In this document: positions 43,352-56,515 of the stretch, piece by piece | Numbering within the stretch: position 1 is the first letter of the stretch | Layout of the letters: the number at the start of each line of letters is the position of its first letter | NCBI RefSeq assembly: GCF_009914755.1 | Contig: NC_060942.1 | DNA: 64,000 bases | From: the human T2T-CHM13v2.0 reference genome, Homo sapiens | Strand: one strand, 5' to 3' | Position numbers and translations under genes: made by a program | Notes under the pieces: generated by a model | The model's database searches: none | Seen by the model: only the letters and a program-made list of their open reading frames with translations | What the model was told of the DNA's origin: nothing

Positions 43352-45687
43352 TAAAGTATGTTCATTGGGTATTAGCACAACTATATAAGAAAAATACTAA
43401 TTTTTAGAAAAATTGAACTATAGCCAAATAATTGCAATAGATGCTTCTAGGTAGTTAAAAAAATAAAAGCTAAAAATGGTAGTTGATTGTCAATGCAGAA
43501 AATAAAAAATCTATTCAAATTTCAGATAGATATTACTTTAATATAGTATTAGCAGTAATTCTGCCACATATTCACAAGGAGTGACATGATGCTAGAGAGA
43601 GATTTACAAATAAGAGAAGCTTCTTCCTTGTTTAATGGATAATGCTCTAAGGAAACACTCAAAATCTATTAAATTTATATTTAGGAATCACCCATATCCA
43701 CGCCCCATCCTTCCTCTATATTCTAGTGCTACCCTCTCCTGTTAAGTACTTGTGATCATTGAAGCACCGGATCTGCGCAAAAACATGAGGTAATCTCTGA
43801 TACAAAATTAGCACTCTTGCCACCATCTTCAAATTAAAATGTTCATTCCTCAAACAGAGATAGATTTTAACAAGTTACTTTTAAAAAGCAATACGATAAG
43901 CCTAATTTATATAATTGTGTGTGATTAATTGATGCTCAATCCTATCAAAAGTACTTTTAAAAGAAATATTAATTATGTAAAACATGTTCCTAACTTAAAA
44001 AAAATTCATGTTACAGTAAAATAGTCTTTGCGACAGGAAGGTTGTCATTAAGGCAAATAACTCTTGCCCAGGAAATCCATTGGTCAGCTCCCCTAAATGT
44101 TTCCAGATTTATCACATATTCATTTCCCACAATTTAGACCACAGAATATGTCATTTTTTTTACTCAAAGTAATCTCTAATTTTTTTAGAACAGTGGATAA
44201 GGCCACAATTTACTGTTTGTAATTTGGATGTGGTCATGATATTTATAATTTGAGTGTGACCGCTATATTCAAGTCTGTTTTTCAAATCTTCCATCTTCCT
44301 GCTGATGTGTCTTGAAAATGGAGTATAGGGTTTCGGTCATTCAACATTGAGTGCCTTGAATACAGTAATACTCATGAAATAGTTGTGAGAATGTAGAAAT
44401 GAAGAGTGACCAATAGGAGAATAATATACAAATTGTGATAATCTTTAGAATATCTCAGAGAATAAATTTGTTTGAAATGTTTACTATTCCAGTACCTGGT
44501 GGTCAAATGAAACAGTGTATTAAGCTAAAACTTTTCCACATGAAAGTGTCAAAAATAATTTTATATCCAAATTTGGGACTGCTATAGCCAGAGGAAGAGG
44601 TATTTCCTGAGAGTAGAAAATATGGAGCAGAATAAAAAGCAATTAACTCTACAAGGAATGGGAGATTGTCTCTACTAGAACTCAATCTGGAAATTGTTCT
44701 TCCAGTGTAGTTCATTGTATTTCTCTCATAAGCTAAATTACAGAGGGGACAGCAAATCTATGGAAAGAACACACAGAGAAAGGAAATGACATAGGCGATA
44801 CAGCAGGTCTTCTAAGGACAACTCATAACAAATTATATCATATATAACCTACAATTTTGTATAGATCTTTCCAAAAGCAAGGACAAACATCACTAGCTAG
44901 AGCTACAGTCCTCTGATGAATATGGTACACTGAAAATTTGATCTTAAGCAATGGCATTTGCAAATTATAGACAGTTAGTAAAAATGCCATGACATTATTA
45001 AAAAATCTACCATTTATGGATATATGATATGGAATTGCCTACTGAAGAGAGATCAAATTTAACTCCAGAACCATGCTGTCTGTATGTTATCTGAAGTTTG
45101 TGTATATTTTCTTACCTTTATTAGCTGTTGGTATTTCTAATTCTATTGTGTGTTTTCTCATATTCTCCATTAACTCTTGTGACTTTTATGAAGTATTTTA
45201 TTAAACCATCCCTACAGATGATCCATAATTGTGATCAATTCTTTTGCCCAAAAGGAACACCTCAGATTAGTAACATTACATTTATAATGATGCCTTTAAT
45301 GAGACTCTTTTCTTTGCAGGGATCCTTTACATTACATACACATTTACACCTTTACCACTTCCTAAACAGGGATGAGATCAGGTTTCTACGAGAAATCACA
45401 TCGTCTTTTCACCATTTAACACTCAATAACTGATCATAATCATAAATAAATAGCATCATTAATGATAAGGCACATCAATCTCTAAACTCTGCATCTTCAG
45501 ACTCTATGATTCTGGTCACATAAGGTGAATGCACAACAAGAGCTATCCAAGAAACTGGTAAGAGACAACTTCATATAAATTTAAGGTTATCTGACAAGCA
45601 CTGTTGACATAGTTAACAGAATCCTTAAGTGCTAGAAAGCAATAGATGATTTAACCATTTTCACTAGAGTAGGAAGTATCAGGAAAA

Positions 45688-45749
45688 GAAAGAGAATGAG
45701 ACAGACAGAGAGAGAGAGAGAAAGAGAGACACACACAGACAGAGAGAGA
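45688..45749. repeat. (GA)n/(CA)n compound microsatellite
   Basis: Read directly. Confidence 0.9.
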
Positions 45750-46561
45750 TTGATTCAGCTTCTGCACCCAGGATGAGTTTGGTAAAGTATCAGGAGTATC
45801 AGGCTGGTGGAGTTTGAACAGTATTTCTGAAATGCTCCTGCTTCTTGCTACTAGCAGCATGTGGACAGCAAAATTATCCAAAAAGCATCTATTATCTATC
45901 TATTTATTCATTCAACACATATTTATTGCGTACTTCTGGCCAGACATAGTACTGAGATTTTAGGATACAGAAAAGGATATAAAAGAAAATTCCCTCCCCT
46001 TAGAGAAGAAATTATTCTGGCAGGAGATAGGCAGACAAAAGACAGGTATAAATGAATTACCAAAACAAGTTCAGATAGAGATCAGTGCCCAGAAAAAATC
46101 ATGAGACCATATAATGCTTCCAAGTGGCTGGGGGTGGGTACAGTTGGGAGTAGAAAGGCAGGGACAGGCTTTTTGATGAAAAGAAATGCAAATCTCAATA
46201 ATTTAGAGGCTGGTTATAGAGGATGTTTTATTCATCTCTCTCCTGCTGACCATCTTTTGCCATTTCACTAATTATTATTGTTCCATTATAGTGCTGGAAT
46301 GCCAGTCGATAAATGATTATTGAGACCCCACTGTGTTCTCAGCACCACTGTGACTAGAAAATGTGGTTGAATTCAAATAACTAATTCTACTGCTCTAATA
46401 AAATGTGAGGTGGGGAAGAATGCTTAAATCGGTAAATAACTTAAGCCTTCTTGCTTTGAGAGGTGCATTGGAGTCTAAGCTTCCTCCAATCCATTCGTAG
46501 CTCACACATCTGAAACTCAGCCATCGGTTTCAGCAACTGCTCTAAGAAGAGGCATCACGTA

Positions 46562-46580
46562 TTGCCACTAGATGGCACCA
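46562..46580 (+). promoter_or_regulatory. Strong CTCF-like motif TTGCCACTAGATGGCACCA
   Basis: Matches the common CCACTAGATGGCA variant of the CTCF core, in apparently unique sequence. Confidence 0.7.
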
Positions 46581-47682
46581 ATTATTTTCATATTTTTAGG
46601 TCAAGAAAACCCTTTTCTAAAATGTAATGGCCACATTTAAAATAGAAGAATGTTACTTAGCATTGTTATTAACAAAGTATTATTCTCTTCTTAATAATTT
46701 TCTTATAGACAAACCAATAGAACTAAGAAGATATGTTCTTTCACCCACATACTTGTTCATGCAATGTACATTTGTTCCAAATAGTCTTTAAAAAAAAGTT
46801 CTCACACGTCTTTAGATATGTAAAAAGTAGGGAAAGTAATGGAAATATTGATATAATAATTGAATATATAAATATCATATTTGAATATATAAATATGAAG
46901 ATCAAAAATAGCTCATATATTATGATACTACATATACTTTGAAAACTTTCACAGAAAAGAGTTTTAAAATACTACGGAAAATATTTTTGCTTCTTAGAAA
47001 AGATGTCCCTTTGTATCTTCCAAAAATGAGTAATATTTTTAAATGTAATTTAAATATGGTACTAATTCATTACAATTAAATGTAACAAAAACTATTGCAA
47101 AATTTAAAATGGGATAGGAATCATTTAACTGAATGCAAACATTTTATAGGTATAGCTTAATATAATTTGATTAATAAAAGTTCAGGCCTAAAAGAACTTT
47201 TAATACAATTTCCCTGTTTCAAACAAGTAAATTTATAGGTCCATTAGAATATTATGCAAAATTTTTCTACAGGAGAAGAGCGTGACATATTTTCATTCCT
47301 CAAAAAAGTGGTTGGTAAACATTCAAAGTATATTTATTCAGAAACAAATGATAACCATTCTCATTCTCACATCCTTCATTAAAAGCATAAAAGGACTCTG
47401 GAATAAATATAGCCTACATTTTTATATTAATAGACTTCAAAATAAAGTACGATAATAAATGAGAGTACACATAAAATGCATTGAAAAGTACAATATGCTC
47501 TATGAATATATCATAATTACTTAGAAGAAACAATGAAAACTTCCAGGTTTATTATGTTAACAAATTTATTTTTAAAATCTTAACACCCTTGCTACTTCAG
47601 GATAAAAATTGTCTCAAACTAGCTGCTAATTTGACTATCACTATATTCCTTTCATTTTGAAACATGCAAAAATAATACTCAC

Positions 47683-47842
47683 TTGGGTATCTTGAAGAGT
47701 TTTTTGTCTTACAGCAAGGAGCACTCTAAATCTCTGATCTTCCTCAAAGATTCTCTCTTCACAGTCTTTTTTCTCTTGCATATAATGATCAAACACAGTT
47801 TGTGCATGTTCCCTTTTAAATCTCATAGTTATAAATTTGTTC
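47683..47842 (-). CDS. CCDC178: Coding exon E, 160 nt, phase 2/0: (K)NKFITMRFKREHAQTVFDHYMQEKKDCEERIFEEDQRFRVLLAVRQKTLQDTQ
   Basis: ttctttcttcacag|GAACAAA...GATACCCAA|gtgagt. Contained in track ORF 47641..47862; phase matches exon D. Confidence 0.94.
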
Positions 47843-48149
47843 CTGTGAAGAAAGAATTCCATGTGCCACTAATCAATTCACATTTTATTTTTCAAAATGC
47901 ATTTATGAGACATTTTAAAAGGACCAAAATGAAAAATCTTGAAGACCCTTGAACTGACAGGCCTTGGAAAAATTCCCTGGTTTTTCTCAAGGTCTACTTC
48001 CATAGGGCTACATCTAAATCATCCAGGTGGAAGAAAATCTATGGAAGAACAGTGTATTCTCTTGGTTGCCTATCCAGCATGCTTTTGTTCTCTAGGCATT
48101 TCAAGAAAACCCCTCCTCCAAGAGATATATTCTGATTAGTCCAACCAGC

Positions 48150-48560
48150 ATATGACCCATTGTCCAGGGGCGAGAAGCTATATTAAGATAGCTCGAGGAA
48201 ATGAGTGAGAAGCTCTTAATTCCATGTAGAAGAGCTCATACCCACTAAATGTGACTTACACATCATGCTTTCAAGGTTGCTGCCAACAGCCATAGTGGAG
48301 AGAGAAAAAAATGAGTGCCTGGTATTGAGCTGTTGAATCAACCAACCCTGCAGCTTGCTCTGCCAATTATGTAAGATGATGCCTTTTTTATTGTTTAAGC
48401 TGGTGTTATGTAAGATGATGCATTTTTTATTGCTTTATGCTTCCTGTTACATAAGATGATAGATTTTTTTATTGTTTAAGCTGGTATGTGAATAGGTGTA
48501 TGTATGCATGTGTGTGCATGTCTGTATTTTATCATTTGCAATTAAACACATCATAATGCA
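48150..48560 (+). mobile_element. Old MLT1-type LTR fragment with a ~40-bp triplication (48367-48487)
   Basis: ttgagctgttgaatcaacc...ttattgtttaagctgg; tta(tg/ca)taagatgat starts at 48367, 48406 and 48447. Confidence 0.6.
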
Positions 48561-48894
48561 AAGGTAAAATAACTTTTATGGTGAACTCAGTAGTTATGTA
48601 AGGAACAATACTAGTAGAAAAATATCAAAACATGGTTAAAACAATACTGGTAACAATAACTTGCTTGCCAAAGTTGAGCAGCAACTCAGTGTCCAGATTA
48701 AGGTATCTGAAAAAGCTCAACACAGTCTTATTCTATCCACATTAGTTAACAAGTCTACCGATACAGAAAATTAAATCACTTGCACAGTTAGCTATAAAGG
48801 CAGCAAGACTAATATTTTGGGAAGGACTAAACTAATATCTCTGCTTTTAAATAATATCCCATTTAATACAACAAAAACCACTCTATGAAATAAT

Positions 48895-50070
48895 AATGAG
48901 ATAGCCACCTAGAGTTGAGGAACCTAAACTTGGATAATTAATTAGCTTGTGTAAGCTCAACTAGTTGGTAAATGACAGAACCAGAATTCAAATCTAGTCC
49001 TGCCTTTTTCTGATTCAGCAGTTCAACATTAAGTACTCATTTTTTTCTGCTCTTCGTTATAGCTGTTATCAGCAAATTTGAAAACATATCACTTTGTTTA
49101 CAGTTAGTGGATGTGAGCCTCTTCTTCTACAGGAAATAAGGTTCTTCTCCTCTTTCATCTATCTTGCCCTGGTTTTTCCTCTACATCATTCATACCAAAA
49201 ACATTCCAAATTATTAAGTGATGTCTGATCAGTAGCCAATGATATTGACATCTTGGAGCAGAGAGAACCAATGAAATTCACACAGGAAGGAGCTAGTGTG
49301 ACCAAAACGATAAAATGTTCATAGTTGATCCCAAAAAAACATTGATATATTTTGACCACATGTACTTTGTTCTCTACACTGTTTTGATATTGAATTATAT
49401 TAATTATAGCATTGTATTAATATCTACACAGACATTTATATACACTATGTACGTGTATATCTATGCAATAAAATAATGTTTCCTTTCTCACAGTGATAAA
49501 ACAAGTGGACTTTGAAGTCCTATGGGTCTGGATTTTAATTTTCCACTTTCTAGTTAAGAAGCAATTATAAAAATTAAATGAGGGTCAAGGATGGCTTTGA
49601 TTGCCATTATTTTTAACACCATATTTTAATTGTCTTGTTTATATAAGGTTTGTCTCTCTGCAAAGATCTTCAGACACTTGAAGATACACTTTCCCACTTG
49701 CCATTTCTTAGTCCTTATTGGGGCCTGGCAGTATGCCCACTATGAGTTCTCAATAAATAATAAGTAGCTTGTTGTGGGAACTTATTGAAAATATCAGTAG
49801 ATTATTCATAAAACAGCTGATCTTCCTTTGCAATCCCACTTTAGGGGGTCAGTTGAAAGGGCACACACTTGGAACAGGTTGGAGCTAAGCTGAAGCTACC
49901 TCTACCACTACTTAAGAGTGTGATCTTAGATTCCCTGAGCCTCTGTTTCTCAGCATTCATTGGAAATGATACAATTTAACCACTTGCTATAAGAATTGGA
50001 TGAGACAAGGTACACACATTGTCCAGGACGTACCTGGCACAATAGCAAGTCATTCAACGGTAGCTTTAAA
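48895..50070. mobile_element. Cluster of short MIR/L2 fragments
   Basis: MIR-core words such as gacagaaccagaattcaaatctag and ctgagcctctgtttctc. Confidence 0.55.
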
Positions 50071-51336
50071 TATTATTTGACATTATATACCATCACTGCT
50101 AATTAATAGTTGTATAAGTAATTCCACAGTATTGGCTAATTCTTTTTCTCCTTTTCTTGTTGGAAGGCAGGGCTTTGTCAAGTTTAGAGAGAGAACTGAT
50201 TCACTGGGACATGGAAACCACTCTTGTCTGAAAGGCCATATAATCCAGCTTCAGAAGAAGTTAGGATTGAAACGGGAGGAAGCCTGAAGAAAAAATTTTC
50301 ATCAGCTCCTGAATTAGATCTTTATAATTTTAATGTAAGTTATATACATTTATATTTATATCTTTGAGTCCCAAGCTATTCTTACAGGTATTAAACAAGG
50401 TGGATAAATATCTTTAAAAGTAAATGATATGTTTCCCTGCTTTTTCACATAATATAGTGAATATGAGTAGTGTTTTTCAGATAAAGCTGAATTATCATGT
50501 TGAAAATAAGTTTTACTCTATGATAATAGCTAAACAAATGCTTGATGGGGGCATTGACTTGACTCCATTAGAATGCATGGCAACAGGCTGGGCATAAATT
50601 TTTTCTGACACTTTATCCCTCAAGCATTATGATTTTGCTAATGCTTGTAGTAACCTTCTTTATTTAAAGCAGACTGTTGTCCCTAAATGTGGCCAGTGCA
50701 TGTTCCTCTAATACTCCTCCAAGTCCAGTTCTCAATGTTTTACAAGATAGGAAATGAGAAGCAAAATGAGTAAAGGAAGAGTAAATAAGTTTTAGGTTAG
50801 GGTCTATGGATACCCAATGAGCCTGAGAGCATGATCATTCTCTCAGGACTTACTAACCCTGAACAATTATATCCCCGACTCATGAGGTGACTGATAAGAA
50901 ACTTTTGAAATGATAAATTTGAATAAATTGCACGAGGTTTCATAGAATATCTGAGTCTGAACTCTTACCTCAAAACTAATCAAAAACATTTGGGTGAAAA
51001 AACATAAATTATTAAACATGGAGTATAAATACTGATACATCTGAAAGTAATGAAGAATATTATTAATGTCATAAAGAATAAAGTTCTCCTCCTTGGAAAG
51101 GGAGAAACATTTCCAGTTATTCAAATAAGAACAAACCCGAGAAGCAATAATGAATGAAAGCAGTTTATGATTATGCTTTTATAAACTAAAATTATCAAAT
51201 AACACATATATATTCCACACTACGTTATAATTAAAAATACGAACCATTTTAAGAATGCATTTTAAATATGGAAATTTGATCTTATTTATTAATATTTTTT
51301 AAAAACTTCATATTTTGATAAAGTTTAAGTACTTAC

Positions 51337-51482
51337 TTTAATATTTCAAGTGTCTGATCAAAACTTTTCTTTTCTTCTTCTTTTGCTTTTAATTCCTCAT
51401 TCAATTCATTTATTTTTGCATAAAAAATCATTGTCTTACTTTTAGTTGCTTCTAGGTCTTTAAAAATTGCTGAGCGTTTACT
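51337..51482 (-). CDS. CCDC178: Coding exon D, 146 nt, phase 0/2: SKRSAIFKDLEATKSKTMIFYAKINELNEELKAKEEEKKSFDQTLEIL(K)
   Basis: ttttttttcag|AGTAAACGC...ATATTAAA|gtaagt. The split codon AA|G is completed by exon E. Confidence 0.93.
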
Positions 51483-51590
51483 CTGAAAAAAAATATACAC
51501 AAGTGTTTATTTTAAATACTTGGATTTTCAAATCCCTGCTATTTAGGAACACAATTACATTGGCTGTGTGAACAACTAAAAGTTAATAGT

Positions 51591-51894
51591 GGGCCACACC
51601 TGATGGCTCACTCCTGTAATCCCAGCACTTTGGGAAGTCAAAGCAGGAGGAGCCAGGAGTTCACTTAGAGCCAGGAGTTCAAGACCAACCTGGACAACAA
51701 AGCAAGCACCTGGTCTCTACCCAAAATTTTTTTAAATAGCCAGGTGCAGTGTTTCACACCTGTAGTCCCAGCTACTTGGGAGGCTGAGGTGGGAGGATCA
51801 CTTTAGTATAGGAGGTCAAGGATGCAATGAGCCATGATTGCTCCACTGCACTCCAGCCCAGATGACAGAGTGAGACCCTGTCTCTAAAAAAACA
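51591..51894 (+). mobile_element. AluJ about 110 bp from the exon D acceptor, with an internal duplication of agccaggagttca
   Basis: Dimer with ggagccaggagttcacttagagccaggagttcaagacc. Confidence 0.93.
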
Positions 51895-53599
51895 ACTGAG
51901 GTTTATATTCTCCACTGTTACATCTGATTTTCTAAAAAATAAAATTGTTTATTCTCTCTGTCCCACACAAACTTGCTCCCCTTTCCAAACACACACCTAA
52001 ATGCATACTTTATAAGCATGTCATTTCAAGATGCAAACATGTCGTCACTGGTTTTCAAACATGTACAAAGTGCATTGGCAGGCGGACAAGGATATATATA
52101 TTGTTCTGATATTTCCAGCAAAAGAAGCCAATATTTACTACCAGCACTTCTTTCCATGGTAGGCCTGTGCAATTCCAGAATGAACATTTGATTGTGCATC
52201 TATTTTTGTGTCATCCCTTTATGACTGTTTGTGTTCAAATGGAACTGAGTGACTCACTGATGGACTGTTATTGAATTGTTCCCCACATTCAGCATGGCTG
52301 CTAATTAGTGTTACTCTCCCAACTGATTCTACAGATCTCAATGGCTCCTTCTGCCTCCACTATCTTCTATTTTCCCCATATGCTTCCAAATACTTTCTTT
52401 ACTCATAGATTTCAAGAATAACAACTAATATTTTATATTTGTTTTACTATAAAACCTTACTGTTTGTCTAAGATTTTGAACATTGGGTACTGCATTTGAA
52501 TTTTCACATCCTTCCTGCTTTGTTTCCTTCCTTTTCTGGAAGTTCTGATAATTTTCTACTGATAAATAAAAGGATTTTTTCTCCTTATACTAGAATGTAG
52601 TGGAAATATAACTAACTAAGATTTGTTGATAGGTCCATTGGAGTATTAAGTTATTTGGGTGGGGGTGGAAGTAAACCCAAAGACAGAGAGCGGACAGGTG
52701 TGAGTATGGACACTCTAAGTACTCCATGCTCTCTATCCCTAAACTTGACGTTTAGATCAGATTTCATCATTCATTTCTTAGTCTTAGCTGAAGAGTCTCC
52801 TCTTCAAAGGAATCTGGTTTTGCATAGTATATCTTTTAGCACACTGTAAAATTTATTTAGCTAATATATTTATGATCTGGTCATCTATGCTCATAAGCAA
52901 GATCACCAACGGACTTGTTTCTTGCACTATTAATTTTTGGTTATGGTTGCAAGGTTTTAGTTTCATTATAGAATGATTTTAGAAGATTTCCATGCTTTCT
53001 TATGCTCTGTAAGTGGTATTTGTAGAGAGACTCATAAAGTATCTTGACTGATTCTTGGTTTTATTGGTAGAGTTTGGACAAATTAAATTTCTTCTATGAT
53101 CATTGATCTATTCTTGTGTTTTATTTCTTTTGACCCAGTTTTCACCATTTTATAAAGAAATCATACATACAATTGATATAGATCTTAAAACAAATTCCTA
53201 TGCAAAGTAGTATTTAATTCACTGTGTATATAATTATACCCCTTTTAATCACTCCCATGGCTGTTAATTTTCATTTTTTCTTCTTTGCCCTTAATAAATA
53301 TGTTAAATATTTTTAGATTTTTTTTTAAATCAAAATCATTTATTGGTAATGTCAAAATACTATATTGGCCTATGTCATAAATTTTGCTGTATAGTTTGTC
53401 ATTATTGGTCATGTATAAATAAATGGTAATTTGTATTTTAGTTATTTCTTAGCACAGAAGCAAATTAATAAAAGAAATGTGATTCTGAAATATTTCTAGT
53501 AGTGCATATACTTTTTATTTCTTTTTGCCCTGTATTTTTGTCATTGATTTCTGATTTTAATTCATTGTATGCAAACTTGGGTGACATGACCAATACAAT

Positions 53600-53850
53600 A
53601 TAATGGTTAAGAGCATCTATTTCAGTGTCAGACTGTCTGGGTTGGAATTGCAACTTTACCACTAATGAGTTATGTGAACCTGTACAAGTTAATTAAGAAA
53701 CAAAGCATCAGATTTCTCAACTGTAAGATAGAGGTAATAGCACACTCTTCATAGGCTTATCATGAAAATGAAATGATGTGCTGTTATGTCTGTGCACTTA
53801 AAACAATGCCTGACACACATAAAACATGCAGCAAATATCTATTATTTTCT
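53600..53850 (+). mobile_element. MIR
   Basis: aatggttaagagcat...gtcagactgtctgggtt...tttctcaactgtaagat...cttaaaacaatgcctgacaca. Confidence 0.8.
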
Positions 53851-54016
53851 CTGTAATTTTTTAAATATTTCTTTTGAGGCCCATTATAAGACAAACATTT
53901 AAAAAATGATATGAGGACACCTCTCTCTCATGGCCCACATGCTTTCCACCAACAAATCCTATTGGAACCACATTTGACATACATCTAGAGGACATATTAC
54001 TAGGTTAAAAACAATA

Positions 54017-55723
54017 TTGGCTGCTTAAATGTCTTCCTTTGAGAAGTGTCTGCTCATATCCTTCACCCACTTTTTGATAGAGTCATTTGATTTTTTCTCG
54101 TAAATTTGTTTAAGTTCTTTGTAGATTCTGGATATTAGCCCTTTGTCAGATGGGTAGATTGTAAAAATTTCCTCCCATTCTGTAGGTTGCCTGTTCACTC
54201 TGATGGTAGTTTCTTTTGCTGTGCAGAAGCTCTTTAGTTTAATTAGATCCCAGTTGTCTATTTTGGCTTTTGTTGCCATTGCTTTTGGTGTTTTAGTCAT
54301 GAAGTACTTGCCAATGCCTATGTCCTGAATGGTATTGCCTAGGTTTTTTTCTAGGGTTTTTATGGTTTTAGGTCTAACATTTAAGTCTTTAATCCATCTT
54401 GAATTAATTTTTGTATAAGGTATAAGGAAGGGATCCAGTTTCAGCTTTCTACCTATGGCTAGCCAGTTTTCCCAGTACCATTTACTAAATAGGGAATCCT
54501 TTCCCCATTTCTTGTTTTTGCCAGGTTTGTCAAAGATCAGATGGTTGTAGATCTGTGGAATTATTTCTGAGGGCTCTGCTCTGTTCCATTGGTCTCTATC
54601 TCTGTTTTGGTATCAATACCATGCTGTTTTGGTTACTGTGGCCTTGTAGTATAGTTTGAAGTCAGGTAGCGTGACGCCTCTAGCTTTGCTCTTTTGGCTT
54701 AGGATTGTCTTGGCAATGTGGGCTCTTTTTTGGTTCCATATGAACTTTAAAGTAGTTTTTTCCAATTCTGTGAAGAAAGTCATTGGTAGCTTGATGGGGA
54801 TGGCATTGAATCTATAAATTACTTTGGGCAGTATGGCAGTTTTCACAATACTGATTATTCCTATCGATCAACATGGAATGTTCTTCCATTTATTGTGTCC
54901 TCTTTTATTTCATTGAGCAGTGGTTTGTAGTTCTCCTTGAAGAGGTCCTTCACATGAAAAAATGCTCATCATCACTGGACATCAGAGAAATGCAAATCAA
55001 TATCACAATGAGATACCATCTCACACCAGTTAGAATGGCAATCATTAAAAAGTCAGGAAACAACAGGTGCTGGAGAGGATGTGGAGAAACAGGAACACTT
55101 TTACACTGTTGGTGGGACTGTAAACTAGTTCAACCATTGTGGAAGACAGTGTGGCAATTCCTCAAGGATCTAGAACTAGAAATACCATTTGACCCAGCCA
55201 TCCCATTACTGGGTATATACCCAAAGGATTATAAATCATGGTGCTATAAAGACACATTCACACGTATGTTTATTGCGGCACTATTCACAATAGCAAAGAC
55301 TTGGAACCAATCCAAATGTCCATCAATGATAGACTGGATTAAGAAAATGTGGCACATATACACCATGGAATACTATGCAGCCATAAAAAGGATGAGTTCA
55401 TGTCCTTTGTAGGGACATGGATGAAGCTGTAAGCCATCATTCTCAGCAAACTATCACAAGGACAGAAAACCAAACACCACATGTTCTCACTCATAGGTGG
55501 GAATTGAACAATGAGAACACTTGGACACAGGGTAGGGAACATCACACACCGGAGCCTGTCATGGGGTTGGGGGTGGAGGGAGGGATAGCATTAGGAGATA
55601 TACCTAATGTAAATGACGAGTTAATGGGTGCAGCATACCTACATGGCACATGTATACATAAACAAACCTGCACATTGTGCACATGTACCCTAGAACTTAA
55701 AGTATAATAATGATAATAATAAT
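54017..55723. mobile_element. L1PA with 5' inversion: 54017-54955 minus, 54951-55723 plus
   Basis: ORF2p peptides on opposite strands on either side of 54951; TSD aaaaacaatattg (54007-54019) / aaagacaatattg (55724-55736). Confidence 0.96.
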
Positions 55724-56049
55724 AAAGACAATATTGACTTTCTCCCCTTTCCTACAGCCAATAATTCACGAGTTAGAAATGTTAGCAATAAGAACTTTCA
55801 TGGGGAAATATTTCTAATTTGGAAAAAGCCCTAAAGTCTCCAGTCACACATCCATTTGTTTATGCTGAATACATACTAACTTGGGGGTAAAATTTAGATG
55901 TCAGGTAGGAACAAATGTTTTGGTCTGTAGATTGCTCCCATCTGCAGAAACACAATACTCTCTGGTAGAGAACAAATCCCAGTCTCTACTTTGTAGAAAA
56001 GGCAATGGGGGTAAGGGAGCAATCAGTGGGTGTTACAATGCACCGATTA

Positions 56050-56515
56050 CTGTACTATGCATTGTATTTGAACTGTGCCTTTTATGACTCACAGTAGCAA
56101 TATAATCAATGTTATATCCATTTTACAATAGAAAATCCAGAATAGTCTGGATGGTACAGCTAGTTTAAGTGGTGATGACTGGTTAAACACTAGATTTCTC
56201 TGACTCCAAAGCCTTTACTATTTTCTCTATACCAAAACTGGCCCTTGCTTTTTGGTCACTGCTGCTAAAAGAAATTACATGAGATTTTACTATACATAGT
56301 AGGTATTGGCATGCATGAGTTTTGAGATTGGACAGAAGGGGATTCTTGCTACTTGGGAATTTAACCTCTATAAACCTCAGCTTTTAATTTATATAAATGC
56401 AATACTAAGTACTTCACAGGGTTGCTGTGAGAATTCAATGAAATGATCTGAGCCGTGTGTTTGCCCTTTGTCAGCACATTGAAATCAACATTAATAAATG
56501 ACGTTGATAATAATT
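56050..56515. mobile_element. Two MIR fragments
   Basis: tccattttaca...tctgactccaaagcc and aaacctcag...acttcacagggttgctgtgagaatt. Confidence 0.65.

Noticed and set aside
45110-45215. Minus-strand AAG|gtaaga donor with a possible upstream acceptor
   Set aside because: Weak acceptor and no supporting evidence; such donors are expected by chance.
54873-55412. Longest track ORF (179 aa) as a new gene
   Set aside because: It is antisense L1 sequence read across the inversion junction into the L1 ORF2p C-terminus.
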